Shown: piece by piece, positions 39,781-49,928 of the stretch | Layout of the letters: each line of letters begins with the position of its first letter | Position numbering within the stretch: the stretch's first letter is position 1 | Origin: Chitinophagia bacterium | Lineage (GTDB): Bacteria > Bacteroidota > Bacteroidia > Chitinophagales > Chitinophagaceae | Assembly (NCBI GenBank): GCA_037129315.1 | Contig: JBAXVC010000008.1 | Span: 32,552 to 96,551 of the forward strand | Length of the DNA: 64,000 nt | Direction of reading: 5' to 3' | Position numbers and translations under genes: made by a program | The notes under the pieces: model-generated | The model's database searches: none | The model's input: the letters and a program-made list of their open reading frames with translations, nothing else | What the model was told of the DNA's origin: nothing

Positions 39781-40791
39781 TTATTTAACTAATTGTGCGT
39801 TAAAATGCGACAAATGGGAAGATAAATTTAAAAAAGGATAGGTCGTCAACAATCGTTCTGTTTTTACAATACAATTTTGCAAAAATACTTGATGGCTTTC
39901 AGAGCCTTGAAAAAAAGGTTTATGCTGTATCGCTAATTGTAATTCTGCTACTTGCTTCATGATGGATTGGGTATCCTTGTCCATATAAGTTTCTACTAAT
40001 TTTTCCCATACGTATTGAGAAGCGGCATAGTTAGGGTGCACTAAATCCTCGGCATAAAATCGATAATCTCTAAGGTCATCCATTACATATTCATAAGCAG
40101 GGAAATATTCCATAGACTCAAATTGCGAAACCACTTCATGAACTGCTTGAATCAAAACTGCCTTACTACGATTGTTTTCAATCAAACCTTCTCTTAAATG
40201 TCGTACCGGGCTAATTGTAAAAACAATATGTAAACGAGGGTTAAACTTCTTTAATTGCTTAATGGTATTTTGAAGTAACTCTATTAAGCGCTCGGACTTC
40301 ATTAAATTTTTATCAAACCAAACAGCAGGTGCCTTATGATTATTGGCTACTACCTGCCCCTTAGACGAGGGTGCATTGTCATTGAGTTGGTATAACCAAG
40401 CCGAACCTAAAGTGATCACCAAATGATTGGCCGATTTTAAATAAGCATGGCCTTGCTTAATGGAATCATTTATTTTATTGAGCGCGTCTAACTCAGTAAT
40501 ACCGGATAACTTGCTGTGGTGATTCCAACTATTCCAAACATCATTTAAAAAAAACAAGTCGGAGGAAGTGTATATTTTTTGAAAGATACAATCCTCAATG
40601 GCGTTGCAAACACTGATTGGATTAAATAAAATACCATGTGAATTTTCAAGTACATTAAATAGGTGTGTATTTAATTTGGCTCCCATATTTTCAGAAAAAC
40701 AGGATCCTATTAAAAACAGTTTATCTCGGTACCCTATTGGATGCTCCGACCGTTTAGCATCTAATGTTAATTTAAATTTTAATTGACTCAT
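39781..40791 (-). CDS. GSCFA-domain SGNH-like protein
   Basis: IGSCFSENM, GILFNP, ITLGSAW, TISPVRH, YFPAYE, DDLRDYRFY, DLVHP. Confidence 0.88.
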   Translation of the reverse strand: MSQLKFKLTLDAKRSEHPIGYRDKLFLIGSCFSENMGAKLNTHLFNVLENSHGILFNPISVCNAIEDCIFQKIYTSSDLFFLNDVWNSWNHHSKLSGITELDALNKINDSIKQGHAYLKSANHLVITLGSAWLYQLNDNAPSSKGQVVANNHKAPAVWFDKNLMKSERLIELLQNTIKQLKKFNPRLHIVFTISPVRHLREGLIENNRSKAVLIQAVHEVVSQFESMEYFPAYEYVMDDLRDYRFYAEDLVHPNYAASQYVWEKLVETYMDKDTQSIMKQVAELQLAIQHKPFFQGSESHQVFLQNCIVKTERLLTTYPFLNLSSHLSHFNAQLVK

Positions 40792-40815
40792 TATTTAACC
40801 TATTTGTAGAATGCT

Positions 40816-41637
40816 TTATTGATTGATCGGAAACATTCTTTGCTTCATAGCTTCATATAAAATAATTCCTGCTGCCACGGATACATTAAATGAATCAAAA
40901 TTAGTAGCCATCGGTATTTTAAAAAAGTAATCCGCCGCCTTAGCTAAATAGGGCGTAACGCCTCTACCCTCATCTCCCATAATGATACAGGATGGGATGG
41001 TTAAATCTAATTCATGAATATTTTTATCGGCGCGCATTTCACTCGTAAAAACTTGTATACCATTTAAATGAAGCGCATCAATGGCTTTTAATAAACTAGA
41101 TACTCTTACCACTTGTATGTGTTCTAATGCACCAGCACTACTTTTAAACGCTTCCTCATTAAGTGCGCCCACTCCCTTATCAGGAATAATCAATGCTTGA
41201 GCTCCGCAGCAATGAATACTTCTACTAATGGCACCAATATTTCTTACATCTGTCACTCCATCTAACATTAAAAATAAAGGGGTCTCTCCTTTGGAAACAA
41301 CAAAATCAATCACTTCTTGTAAATCCAAATATTTAACAGCAGATATAAAGGCCAACACCCCTTGGTGATTTGCCTTGGTCATCCCATTTAATTTTTCAAT
41401 AGGCACTAATTGGATGGGAATGTTTTTTTCCCTTGCCATATGTTTAATCTCATTTAATCCTTCGCCATCTGCATTTTTTTGAATTAATATTTTTTCAATA
41501 TTTGTATCAGTGCCAAAAGACTCTAAAATAGGCTGTCTGCCAATAATAAACTTACGCTCTGTGGTCGTTGAACGCGGCTTATTGAATCGAGGCTTTGCTT
41601 GATAAGGCCTCCCAGATTTTTGTTGTCGATCTTCCAT
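40816..41637 (-). CDS. rlmB: 23S rRNA (guanosine-2251-2'-O)-methyltransferase
   Basis: HQGV, LDGVTDVRNIGAI, SSAGA, IMGDEG, SFNVSVAAGI. Start moved from TTG 41655 to ATG 41637 because TAACTTTG lies between them. Confidence 0.9.
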   Translation of the reverse strand: MEDRQQKSGRPYQAKPRFNKPRSTTTERKFIIGRQPILESFGTDTNIEKILIQKNADGEGLNEIKHMAREKNIPIQLVPIEKLNGMTKANHQGVLAFISAVKYLDLQEVIDFVVSKGETPLFLMLDGVTDVRNIGAISRSIHCCGAQALIIPDKGVGALNEEAFKSSAGALEHIQVVRVSSLLKAIDALHLNGIQVFTSEMRADKNIHELDLTIPSCIIMGDEGRGVTPYLAKAADYFFKIPMATNFDSFNVSVAAGIILYEAMKQRMFPINQ

Positions 41638-41669
41638 ATTTTCAAAGTTACTCAATTATGATTATCCAT

Positions 41670-42230
41670 TTACTTCTGTCCTACTTTAGATTGGATGAAA
41701 TGCCATTTTAAAATAGCAGCTACCGAAATTGAATCAGTGATTTTGCCCTCCATCACCCATTGAACGGCCTCTGTAAATGGTACTTTTTTAATAGCTAACT
41801 TTTCAGTGTCTTCTAGTTCTGATTCTCCTGCTATTAATTCTTGTGCTACATACACCACCGCAAATTCATCCGAAACTGAATTTGAAACATGCATTCTTAA
41901 AATTTCGGTCCACTGATTTGCTTCAAACCCTGTTTCTTCCTTTAGTTCTCTTTTTGCGGTTTCAAGATAATCAGTGCCTTCGGGACATCCCCCTTCCGGA
42001 ATTTCCCAACTATAGGCATCTAACACAAAACGGTGTTGCCCAACCAAATAAGTGTTGCCCTGCTCATCTAATGCGATGACACCAATTGCAATATTTTTAA
42101 AATGCACTTTGCCATAAATACCCGGCTTGCCCGCTGGAGTAATAACTTGATATTCGGTTAAATGAATCCAAGGATTCTCGTACACTAATTGACCACTTAT
42201 GATTTCCCAAGGATTTTTTTCATTTTCCAT
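41670..42230 (-). CDS. NUDIX hydrolase (ADP-ribose pyrophosphatase-like)
   Basis: EIPEGG...AKRELKEETG Nudix box. Confidence 0.9.
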   Translation of the reverse strand: MENEKNPWEIISGQLVYENPWIHLTEYQVITPAGKPGIYGKVHFKNIAIGVIALDEQGNTYLVGQHRFVLDAYSWEIPEGGCPEGTDYLETAKRELKEETGFEANQWTEILRMHVSNSVSDEFAVVYVAQELIAGESELEDTEKLAIKKVPFTEAVQWVMEGKITDSISVAAILKWHFIQSKVGQK

Positions 42231-42255
42231 ACAAAATATATTTTGTTATAAAACT

Positions 42256-42290
42256 AAAAATCCCCTCCAGAGAAACGGGAAGGGATTTTT
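42256..42290 (-). terminator. Intrinsic terminator of metK
   Basis: AAAAATCCCTTCC...GGAGGGGATTTTT hairpin on the minus strand just after the metK stop; coordinates approximate. Confidence 0.75.
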
Positions 42291-42305
42291 AATATTTCAA
42301 CTATT

Positions 42306-43559
42306 CTATTTTAAACCAAAAGCTTTTTTCACTTTGGCTACATAATCTAATTTCTCCCAAGTAAACAATTCCACTTTCATGGTTTTTGTTTTACCATCTG
42401 GGCTAGTAAATGTTTTAGTAACTGTTTCATTTTTACGACCCATGTGTCCGTAAGCAGCAGTTTCACTATACATTGGCGTTCTTAACTTTAATCTTTGCTC
42501 AATAAAGTAAGGACGCATATCAAATACGCTTTCTACTAATTTACCAATTTGACCATCGGTTAATTTTACTTTAGCAGTGCCATAAGTATTTACATTGATT
42601 GAAGTAGGTTTAGCAACACCAATCGCATAAGATACTTGAACCAAAACTTCGCTTGCAACACCAGCAGCCACTAAGTTCTTAGCAATATGACGCGTTGCAT
42701 ATGCAGCAGAACGATCCACCTTACTTGGATCTTTACCAGAAAAAGCACCACCACCGTGTGCGCCTTTACCACCGTAAGTATCTACGATAATCTTACGACC
42801 TGTTAAACCAGTATCTCCGTGAGGCCCACCAATTACAAATTTGCCTGTAGGATTAATATGATACTTAATGTCATTGTTAAATAACTTAGCGTATTTCTTA
42901 TATTTTGCTTTTACTCTTGGGATTAAAATTTCAACGATGTCTTTTTTAATTTTCGCTAACATCTTTCCTTCTGCATCAAAATCATCATGTTGTGTACTCA
43001 CCACAATTGCGTCAATTCTTACAGGTTGATTTTTATCGTTATACTCTAATGTTACTTGAGATTTTGCATCAGGACGTAAATATTTAATCGCTTTATTTTC
43101 TCTTCTTAATGCAGCTAATTCAATTAAAATTTTATGCGCCAAGTCCAAAGCCAAAGGCATATAGTCGTCTGTTTCGTTAGTTGCATAACCAAACATCATC
43201 CCTTGGTCACCTGCGCCTTGTTCTTCTTTTTTCTTCTTATCTACTCCTTGATTAATATCAGCAGATTGTTCATGAATGGCAGATAAAATACCACAGCTAT
43301 CTGCTTCAAACATATATTCACTCTTGGTATATCCAATTTTTTTGATCACATTACGAGCAATTGTTTGAACATCTAAATAGGCTTTTGATTTTACCTCACC
43401 TGCTAAAATAACTTGACCAGTTGTTACTAATGTTTCGCAAGCCACTTTGGATTGTGGGTCAAATGCTAAAAAATTGTCTATTAAAGCGTCAGAAATCTGA
43501 TCGGCTAATTTGTCTGGATGTCCTTCAGAAACACTTTCTGAAGTAAATAAATATGGCAT
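42306..43559 (-). CDS. metK: S-adenosylmethionine synthetase
   Basis: [56 protein letters not shown]. Start at ATG 43559; TATATTTG box at 43578-43585. Confidence 0.98.
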   Translation of the reverse strand: MPYLFTSESVSEGHPDKLADQISDALIDNFLAFDPQSKVACETLVTTGQVILAGEVKSKAYLDVQTIARNVIKKIGYTKSEYMFEADSCGILSAIHEQSADINQGVDKKKKEEQGAGDQGMMFGYATNETDDYMPLALDLAHKILIELAALRRENKAIKYLRPDAKSQVTLEYNDKNQPVRIDAIVVSTQHDDFDAEGKMLAKIKKDIVEILIPRVKAKYKKYAKLFNNDIKYHINPTGKFVIGGPHGDTGLTGRKIIVDTYGGKGAHGGGAFSGKDPSKVDRSAAYATRHIAKNLVAAGVASEVLVQVSYAIGVAKPTSINVNTYGTAKVKLTDGQIGKLVESVFDMRPYFIEQRLKLRTPMYSETAAYGHMGRKNETVTKTFTSPDGKTKTMKVELFTWEKLDYVAKVKKAFGLK

Positions 43560-43615
43560 AGATGAGTATTTAAGTTGCAAATATATAAATAAAAGCAGTT
43601 TTAATCATATCAGTA

Positions 43616-45103
43616 CTACAAATCTGAATAATAAATATGTAGTCTCATTTTGAACTTTGAATGTTTCCCCCCACCCAATCGAACCCTACCCATGGCAGGC
43701 TCGTTTCCTAAGCTATTGGTTAAGTAATCCACCCCAGATGCTTTATTGTTTGGATAAGGTGGCACAAACATAATAGAATCATTTACTGGAGCTAAAATAC
43801 GGAAATCAAATATAGAATCGGTACGAGAAATGACTCCTTGAACATACCTGCTTACATTAAAATTATAACTCGCCACTTGATCGTAACCATTAATTGACTT
43901 ATACACTACCCTGCCTCCAAAACGATTCATAATTTCAGTACTAGCTGTACCAATATAATCATTCGGCACATTTCTTATTCTCTTGGTGGCTGTGTCATAC
44001 ATACCAAGGAATAAATATGTCGGAGGAAGCATTTGTTTTTCGGTGGTATTTAAACGAACATCATCGGGTACCTGCTCAGCAATTAATTCGGCACGATGAA
44101 TCAACTTATTCTTGAAGCCTTTAAGTCCAGGGACAACCACTTTAACCATGGTACCAGGACTGGTTTGAACATATACCAACGAATCGTTTAATTTATTATT
44201 AAGCGCCTTGTATGCCTCAGAAGTAGTCCGATTTCTTGTAATGAAATTAGCATCTCCATTATTAGTAATGCTGTATTTAAAATATAATACCGCTGTATCC
44301 TTTTGCGCAGAACCAACTTTATTGTACTTAAAGTAAAGTCCCAATTTGGTATTGGTATCTGTCATTCCGATTCGAATTAAAACATTACTATTCATATTCG
44401 TTGTTACTGCAAAACCTTTAAAATAATCTCGTAAAGTAGAGTCATTCCGATAAGCCCCTGTAGAATCAAAACCTTTTATTAACATATCCGCTACAGACGG
44501 CAATAACTTAATTCTGATTTGATTATTAGAAAGTTCAAAACGACTTATGATAGAATCTCTAGCTTTGGTAAAATCTAAAATATATGGATTCGCCAAAGGT
44601 GTAGCTGATTTAATATTATAAGCCTCAGGATAATTACTAGCGTAATACTTTTGCATTCCTAATGGACTATCATCGTCAATATTATTAACATTAATAGTAA
44701 CAGGCTTGGAAGAATCTCCATAAAATCCGCGATAGCTCAATACCAATACTGCAGAATCTACTACAAGACTGTCTTTGACCCCTGGAAAAGAAAATGGAAA
44801 TACATCTGGTTTAAGTTGAAAAAACATCGTAGCATTTGTGGTACCAAAGATGGGATCGTTGGTAATATTTCCAACAATATGTTCATTAGAACCATATATT
44901 CTCAAAGAGTCTGGATTGTCTACTGTTTCTGTTTCCACATCCAATGTAGTGTCTTTTGTATTAACCGCATCCATTGCAGGTAAAAGTCCCAAGCCTAATT
45001 CTGAAGTACTAATACGAGTACAGGCCAAGAAAAGGATGGTTAAAAAAACAAAAAAAGAAAATTTCTTAAGGGTTTTAGTTGATGCCATGAATTGAGTTGT
45101 CAT
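43616..45103 (-). CDS. DUF4270-family lipoprotein
   Basis: Lipobox LFLAC; VVDSAVLVLSYRGFYGDS and LHIYYS C-terminus; coupled (TAATG) to the upstream half-GT gene, as is usual for this family. Confidence 0.75.
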   Translation of the reverse strand: MTTQFMASTKTLKKFSFFVFLTILFLACTRISTSELGLGLLPAMDAVNTKDTTLDVETETVDNPDSLRIYGSNEHIVGNITNDPIFGTTNATMFFQLKPDVFPFSFPGVKDSLVVDSAVLVLSYRGFYGDSSKPVTINVNNIDDDSPLGMQKYYASNYPEAYNIKSATPLANPYILDFTKARDSIISRFELSNNQIRIKLLPSVADMLIKGFDSTGAYRNDSTLRDYFKGFAVTTNMNSNVLIRIGMTDTNTKLGLYFKYNKVGSAQKDTAVLYFKYSITNNGDANFITRNRTTSEAYKALNNKLNDSLVYVQTSPGTMVKVVVPGLKGFKNKLIHRAELIAEQVPDDVRLNTTEKQMLPPTYLFLGMYDTATKRIRNVPNDYIGTASTEIMNRFGGRVVYKSINGYDQVASYNFNVSRYVQGVISRTDSIFDFRILAPVNDSIMFVPPYPNNKASGVDYLTNSLGNEPAMGRVRLGGGKHSKFKMRLHIYYSDL

Positions 45104-45921
45104 TACTTTGCTGCAAGATCGTTGTATAAATCTAAATACTCTGTTAAATCGGAATCCCAGCCATTAAAGGGTATTACTTTTTTACCCTTCACCACTGAAA
45201 ATTCAGATACTAATTTTTTATCTAATACTTCAGCTCCAAAAGTGATGGCATCTGCATAAGTAGCGCCACCTCTGAATAAAGCTGTATTATTTAAGTCCTT
45301 GAAAGCCTCCAAATCTTTTTCCTTCATATTGGTATTAATCAAGGCTTTGGTTAAAAAATCCTTAGCTAATTTTTCTTCAAATGTATTTTGGCCAATGGTG
45401 AATACCACTTTAGCATTGGAAAAAACGGGCTCCTTTTTGAAAGCGGTTTTGATATAGGCAGGTATTAAGCCTGTCATCCAACCACTACAATGAATAATAT
45501 CAGGAGGCCAGCCAAACTTTTTGACAGTTTCTAGGGCGCCTCTACAAAAAAAGATGGTACGTAATACATTGTCATCAAACCACTTTTCGTTTTCGTCGTG
45601 AAAAATATGTTTTCGTTTAAAGAAATCTTCGTTTTCTAAAAAGTAGACCTGTAGTCGTGCATTAGGCAATGATGCTACTTTAATTTGTAAGGGATAGTCG
45701 TCTCCGTCCACCTGAACATTGATACCAGAAAGACGAACAACTTCGTGTAATCGATGTCTGCGTTCATTAATTACGCCAAATCTTGGCATAATACAACGCA
45801 CTTCTAATCCACTGTCGTTGCTTTTGATGGCGAGCTTATTAATTACCTCCGCAAACTCGGTCAGCTCCAAATAGGGCGACATTTCTGTGGCGATATATAA
45901 GATTCGTTTTTTTTCAGACAT
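45103..45921 (-). CDS. Glycogen/starch synthase N-terminal-domain-only protein (half GT-B)
   Basis: ILYIATEMSPY, MPRFGVINERRHRLHEVVRLSG, DIIHCSGWMT; 272 aa, no C-terminal GT domain and no KxGGL motif; TAACTTTG box at 45959-45966. Confidence 0.85.
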   Translation of the reverse strand: MSEKKRILYIATEMSPYLELTEFAEVINKLAIKSNDSGLEVRCIMPRFGVINERRHRLHEVVRLSGINVQVDGDDYPLQIKVASLPNARLQVYFLENEDFFKRKHIFHDENEKWFDDNVLRTIFFCRGALETVKKFGWPPDIIHCSGWMTGLIPAYIKTAFKKEPVFSNAKVVFTIGQNTFEEKLAKDFLTKALINTNMKEKDLEAFKDLNNTALFRGGATYADAITFGAEVLDKKLVSEFSVVKGKKVIPFNGWDSDLTEYLDLYNDLAAK

Positions 45922-46081
45922 TCATTTTGTATTTATCTCAGAACCATCTTTGAGTCTGCAAAGTTACATAAAACCAAGGACTTTAAGAAACATCAAAAAA
46001 CACTAATAAAACACCCTTCCCCAACGCATATCTTAACAAATGGTCGTAATTTGCACAACAGAGGTTAATACCCCATTAGAT

Positions 46082-47068
46082 ATGGCCAAATTTTTAAAAA
46101 TAGGATTCTTTTTCATGGTCGGCATTTTGTTGATTTGGTGGAGTTTACATCAAATTCCGCCCCAAGAATGGGACAAATTCACTAAGGCATTGGCCAAGTC
46201 CAAATTTTGGATTATCATCCCTGTTTTTTTTATCCTAGGCTTATCCCATTTTATAAGAGCCCTCCGTTGGAGATTGATTATGGAACCTTTGGGTTACAAA
46301 CCCTCCATCATGAATACTTTCTTGGCTGTTTTGATTGGTTATTTAGCCAATTTAGCCATCCCTCGTTTGGGTGAAGTATTAAAATGTACTTTATTATCAA
46401 AATATGAAAAAGTACCAGCAGATAAAATTGTGGGGACGATAGTTGCCGAAAGGGCATTTGATGTTTTAAGTTTAGGAGTTGTTTTTTTATTAGCACTTAC
46501 TTTACAGTTTAGTGTTATTAAAGCAGGATGGGATCAGTTGAACCCCGAACAAGCCAACCCATCTTCAAGTTCACATCAAGGTTTATTTATTGCTTTAGGA
46601 ATAGCTGCTATGATTGTTATAATTGTTACAATATTATTTTTTGCATTTAAACATAAGTTTGAAAATGTTATTACAAGTATCAAAAGTATTTTATGGGGAA
46701 TTTGGGAAGGGGTTATTAGTGCTACCAAATTAAAAAAGCATAATTTATTCTTTTTTTACACCTTTAGTATTTGGTTTCTTTATTTGCTTGCAACCTACAT
46801 TGGATTATATGGAACAGAAGGTACGGCTAGTTCCTTCTCAACTGCAATCAGTTGCTTGGCTTATGCTAGTATTGGAATGATTATTACGCCAGGAGGTATA
46901 GGTGCTTATGCTTATTTTTTAGCAAAAGTATTAGAGCTAAATGGTATAGAATATACCTTAGGATTAGCCAATGGAACTTTGCAATGGTTTTCACAAGTGA
47001 TCATTGTGATTGTGTTAGGCGGATTAAGTTTAATCATACTCCCTTTTATAAATAAACAAGCTAAGTAA
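46082..47068 (+). CDS. Lysylphosphatidylglycerol synthase TM-domain / flippase-like protein (UPF0104)
   Basis: RALRWRL, IGYLANLAIPRLGEVLKC, GTIVAERAFD, TPGGIGAY. Start moved to ATG 46082. Confidence 0.85.
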   Translation: MAKFLKIGFFFMVGILLIWWSLHQIPPQEWDKFTKALAKSKFWIIIPVFFILGLSHFIRALRWRLIMEPLGYKPSIMNTFLAVLIGYLANLAIPRLGEVLKCTLLSKYEKVPADKIVGTIVAERAFDVLSLGVVFLLALTLQFSVIKAGWDQLNPEQANPSSSSHQGLFIALGIAAMIVIIVTILFFAFKHKFENVITSIKSILWGIWEGVISATKLKKHNLFFFYTFSIWFLYLLATYIGLYGTEGTASSFSTAISCLAYASIGMIITPGGIGAYAYFLAKVLELNGIEYTLGLANGTLQWFSQVIIVIVLGGLSLIILPFINKQAK

Positions 47069-47069
47069 T

Positions 47070-47558
47070 ATGCGATTAGTGGAAAGTATCAATGATAAAA
47101 TTAAAACGATAGATCAAGCAAAAGCTGTGATTGCCTCTTGGAAAGTATTAGGCAAAACAGTGGCCTTTACCAATGGTTGTTTTGACATACTTCATCCAGG
47201 CCATTTATTTTCATTAGCACAAACAGCAAAGGAAGCGGATTACTTAATTGTTGGACTTAACAGCGATGATAGTGTTAAACGTTTAAAAGGGCCAGAACGA
47301 CCTATTAATAACACCCATGATCGCGCCATAATTTTGGCCAATTTAGTATTGGTAGATATGGTAGTCGTATTTGAGGAAGACACGCCTTTGGAATTAATTT
47401 CGAACTTATTACCAGATGTTTTGGTAAAAGGAGGCGACTATACAATTGACACCATCGTTGGCGCAAAAGTAGTAATTGCAAATGGTGGAAAAGTAATCAT
47501 CAATCCCATTGTAGAAGGATTTTCAACAACACAGTTGATTGAAAAAATTAAAAAATAA
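47070..47558 (+). CDS. rfaE2: D-glycero-beta-D-manno-heptose 1-phosphate adenylyltransferase (RfaE domain II)
   Basis: FTNGCFDILHPGH, VGLNSDDSVKRLKG, VKGGDY, STT. Confidence 0.88.
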   Translation: MRLVESINDKIKTIDQAKAVIASWKVLGKTVAFTNGCFDILHPGHLFSLAQTAKEADYLIVGLNSDDSVKRLKGPERPINNTHDRAIILANLVLVDMVVVFEEDTPLELISNLLPDVLVKGGDYTIDTIVGAKVVIANGGKVIINPIVEGFSTTQLIEKIKK

Positions 47559-47633
47559 GATTTATTCTTTGACCTACTAACTCTTTAATTTAATTTTTCA
47601 CATTCAACCACTCATTACAAATTTTGAATTGAT

Positions 47634-49298
47634 ATGCGTCGTATTATTTTTATTATTTTATGTAGTTGCACAAGTGTTTTAACTTTTGGTCAAAGCAATC
47701 AAAATTGGCATTGGAAGGATTTAATTTCCGATTCCGTGCATGGCATTAGTTTACAAAAAGCTTATCAAGTATTAGCCACCCTACCTCAGAAGCCCTCCCC
47801 CATTATCATTGCTGTAATTGATGGAGGAGTGGATACAAATCATATTGCATTAAAAAATTTACTCTGGACCAATACAAAAGAAATTCCCAATAATCAGATT
47901 GACGATGATCATAATGGCTATGTGGACGATGTTCATGGTTGGAATTTTTTAGGCGGGAAAGATGGACGAAATATTGATAAAGCCCCGGCCGAGATGACAA
48001 GAATTTACCATCGATATAAAAATATTTATGAAGGAAAATTGGTAGATACAATTCAGATGAATTCAAAGGAGAAAAGCGAATATCTCATTTGGAAACAAAC
48101 ACAAAACGAAATTCAGATTTCAGAAAACGACCTTTCAACTTTGCAATATATTAAGATGGCGAAGAATGCTTTAATTAAAATGGGCAGTATTTTATTAAAG
48201 GAACTTCCTGATTCCAATTTCAAAATACCGCAATTAGAAGCCTACCAACCCATTGGACGACTTACCCTAGATACTAAAATGGCATATTTGCGAAATGTAA
48301 AAATTTTAGGTATTGATAATGAAACTACTTATCCAGAAATTATAAATGATTTAGAAGAATATATTGAAGCCAAAGAAAAATTAGCTAATGCCAAGGAAAC
48401 TGCGCCCGCAAACATAAGAGAAGATATTATAAAGGATCAATACGATAATTTTTCAGATAAATATTATGGCAACAATGATATAACTGGCCCTAGCCCTAAA
48501 CACGGAACTCATGTTGCTGGATTGGTTGCAAGTATTCCTGATTCTAGTTGGCATGTTAATGGATTATACCCTACCATTAAAATAATGACTGTGCGTTGCG
48601 TTCCAGATGGTGACGAATATGATAAGGATGTGGCTTTGGCAATTAGATATGCAGTAGACAATGGTGCTAAAATAATAAATATGAGTTTTGGCAAATCCTA
48701 TTCACCCGAACAAGCTTGGGTAGATAGCGCCATTAGATATGCAGCACAGAAAGATGTTTTAATGGTTCATTCAGCAGGTAATGAATTTTATAATTTGGAT
48801 ATAAAACAAGTTTATCCAAATACATATTCACCAAGCTTTAAGGACACTGCCAAAAATATAATCACTATTGGTGCAAGTAGTGACCCTTCAGTGAATCATT
48901 ATTTATTAACCGACTTTAGTAATTACGGAACTAAATCAGTAGATGTGTTATCCCCTGGAGATAAAATATATTCCACTATACCGGGTGTCAATAATTATGG
49001 ATATTTAAATGGGACAAGCATGTCATCTCCTATTGTAAGTCATATTGCTGCCATGATCCGATCCTACTTTCCGCAATTATCAGCAATCCAAGTAAAACAA
49101 ATAATAATAAACAGTGCTTGGAGGCCCAATGATCCTTCTATAAAATTTGCAATTCCAAATAAGGATACTGATAAAACCTTATCAGAACTAAGTATGATAG
49201 GTGGTATTGTGAATGCAGCAAATGCAATAACAATAGCAAAAACATACAAAGCAATTGCGCCATTACCCATTGAAAGAAAAAAAAGAACTAAGAATTAA
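47634..49298 (+). CDS. Exported S8 subtilisin-like serine peptidase
   Basis: Signal peptide; triad IAVIDGG (D), HGTHVAG (H), GTSMSSP (S); oxyanion HSAGN; long helical insertion between D and H. Confidence 0.93.
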   Translation: MRRIIFIILCSCTSVLTFGQSNQNWHWKDLISDSVHGISLQKAYQVLATLPQKPSPIIIAVIDGGVDTNHIALKNLLWTNTKEIPNNQIDDDHNGYVDDVHGWNFLGGKDGRNIDKAPAEMTRIYHRYKNIYEGKLVDTIQMNSKEKSEYLIWKQTQNEIQISENDLSTLQYIKMAKNALIKMGSILLKELPDSNFKIPQLEAYQPIGRLTLDTKMAYLRNVKILGIDNETTYPEIINDLEEYIEAKEKLANAKETAPANIREDIIKDQYDNFSDKYYGNNDITGPSPKHGTHVAGLVASIPDSSWHVNGLYPTIKIMTVRCVPDGDEYDKDVALAIRYAVDNGAKIINMSFGKSYSPEQAWVDSAIRYAAQKDVLMVHSAGNEFYNLDIKQVYPNTYSPSFKDTAKNIITIGASSDPSVNHYLLTDFSNYGTKSVDVLSPGDKIYSTIPGVNNYGYLNGTSMSSPIVSHIAAMIRSYFPQLSAIQVKQIIINSAWRPNDPSIKFAIPNKDTDKTLSELSMIGGIVNAANAITIAKTYKAIAPLPIERKKRTKN

Positions 49299-49335
49299 AA
49301 AATTAAATTGAATATTTACCAAAACAAACACCCCT

Positions 49336-49848
49336 ATGTCTCGACCAAGTGCCACCGAATTTGCGCCCTTTCATCAAACTTATATAAATTATACAAGTGG
49401 AAAAGATTATTCAATTTTGGTTCAACAATACAATGACCGAATTATAGAATCATGGAATGCCATTCCTACTGAAAAAATAAACTTCGCATACGCTCCTGAT
49501 AAATGGACCATTCGTCAAATGTTTCAACATGTTATTGATACAGAAAGAATATTGGCGTATCGCGCATTGTCCATTGCAAGACATGAAAAAACAAATCTTC
49601 CTGGCTTTGATGAGAATGCCTATGCAAAATCAGCTACTGCATCACATCGCAATTGGAAGGAAATGCAGGTGGAATGGAAAATCGTAAGACAATCTACCAA
49701 CATACTTTTTTCCTCCTTTACCGAGGATGACATGAAGCAAAAAGGGATGGCGAATGAAAGTGCATTATCCGTAAATGCACTAGGCTTTATCATTTTTGGA
49801 CATGCCCTACATCATTTGCATATACTAAAAGAGCGTTATGAAATTTAA
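49336..49848 (+). CDS. DinB-family protein
   Basis: YAPDKWTIRQMFQHVIDTERI, LPGFDEN, GHALHH metal-binding His residues. Confidence 0.88.
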   Translation: MSRPSATEFAPFHQTYINYTSGKDYSILVQQYNDRIIESWNAIPTEKINFAYAPDKWTIRQMFQHVIDTERILAYRALSIARHEKTNLPGFDENAYAKSATASHRNWKEMQVEWKIVRQSTNILFSSFTEDDMKQKGMANESALSVNALGFIIFGHALHHLHILKERYEI

Positions 49849-49877
49849 GTAAATTTACTACCCTATTTTATATACTA

Positions 49878-49907
49878 AAAAGGCCCCCGATTACTCGGGG
49901 GCCTTTT
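49878..49907. terminator. Bidirectional intrinsic terminator
   Basis: AAAAGGCCCCCGA-ttac-TCGGGGGCCTTTT, a 13-bp perfect stem. Confidence 0.9.
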
Positions 49908-49928
49908 GTTTATGATCACAAAATCAAA

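Noticed and set aside
43560-43615. SAM riboswitch upstream of metK
   Set aside because: The promoter box lies 18 nt from the ATG, leaving no room, and no SAM-I/II consensus is present.
47634-49298. S8 protease as a T9SS cargo or part of a defence system
   Set aside because: No recognisable T9SS C-terminal domain and no adjacent ATPase; it looks like an ordinary exported subtilase.
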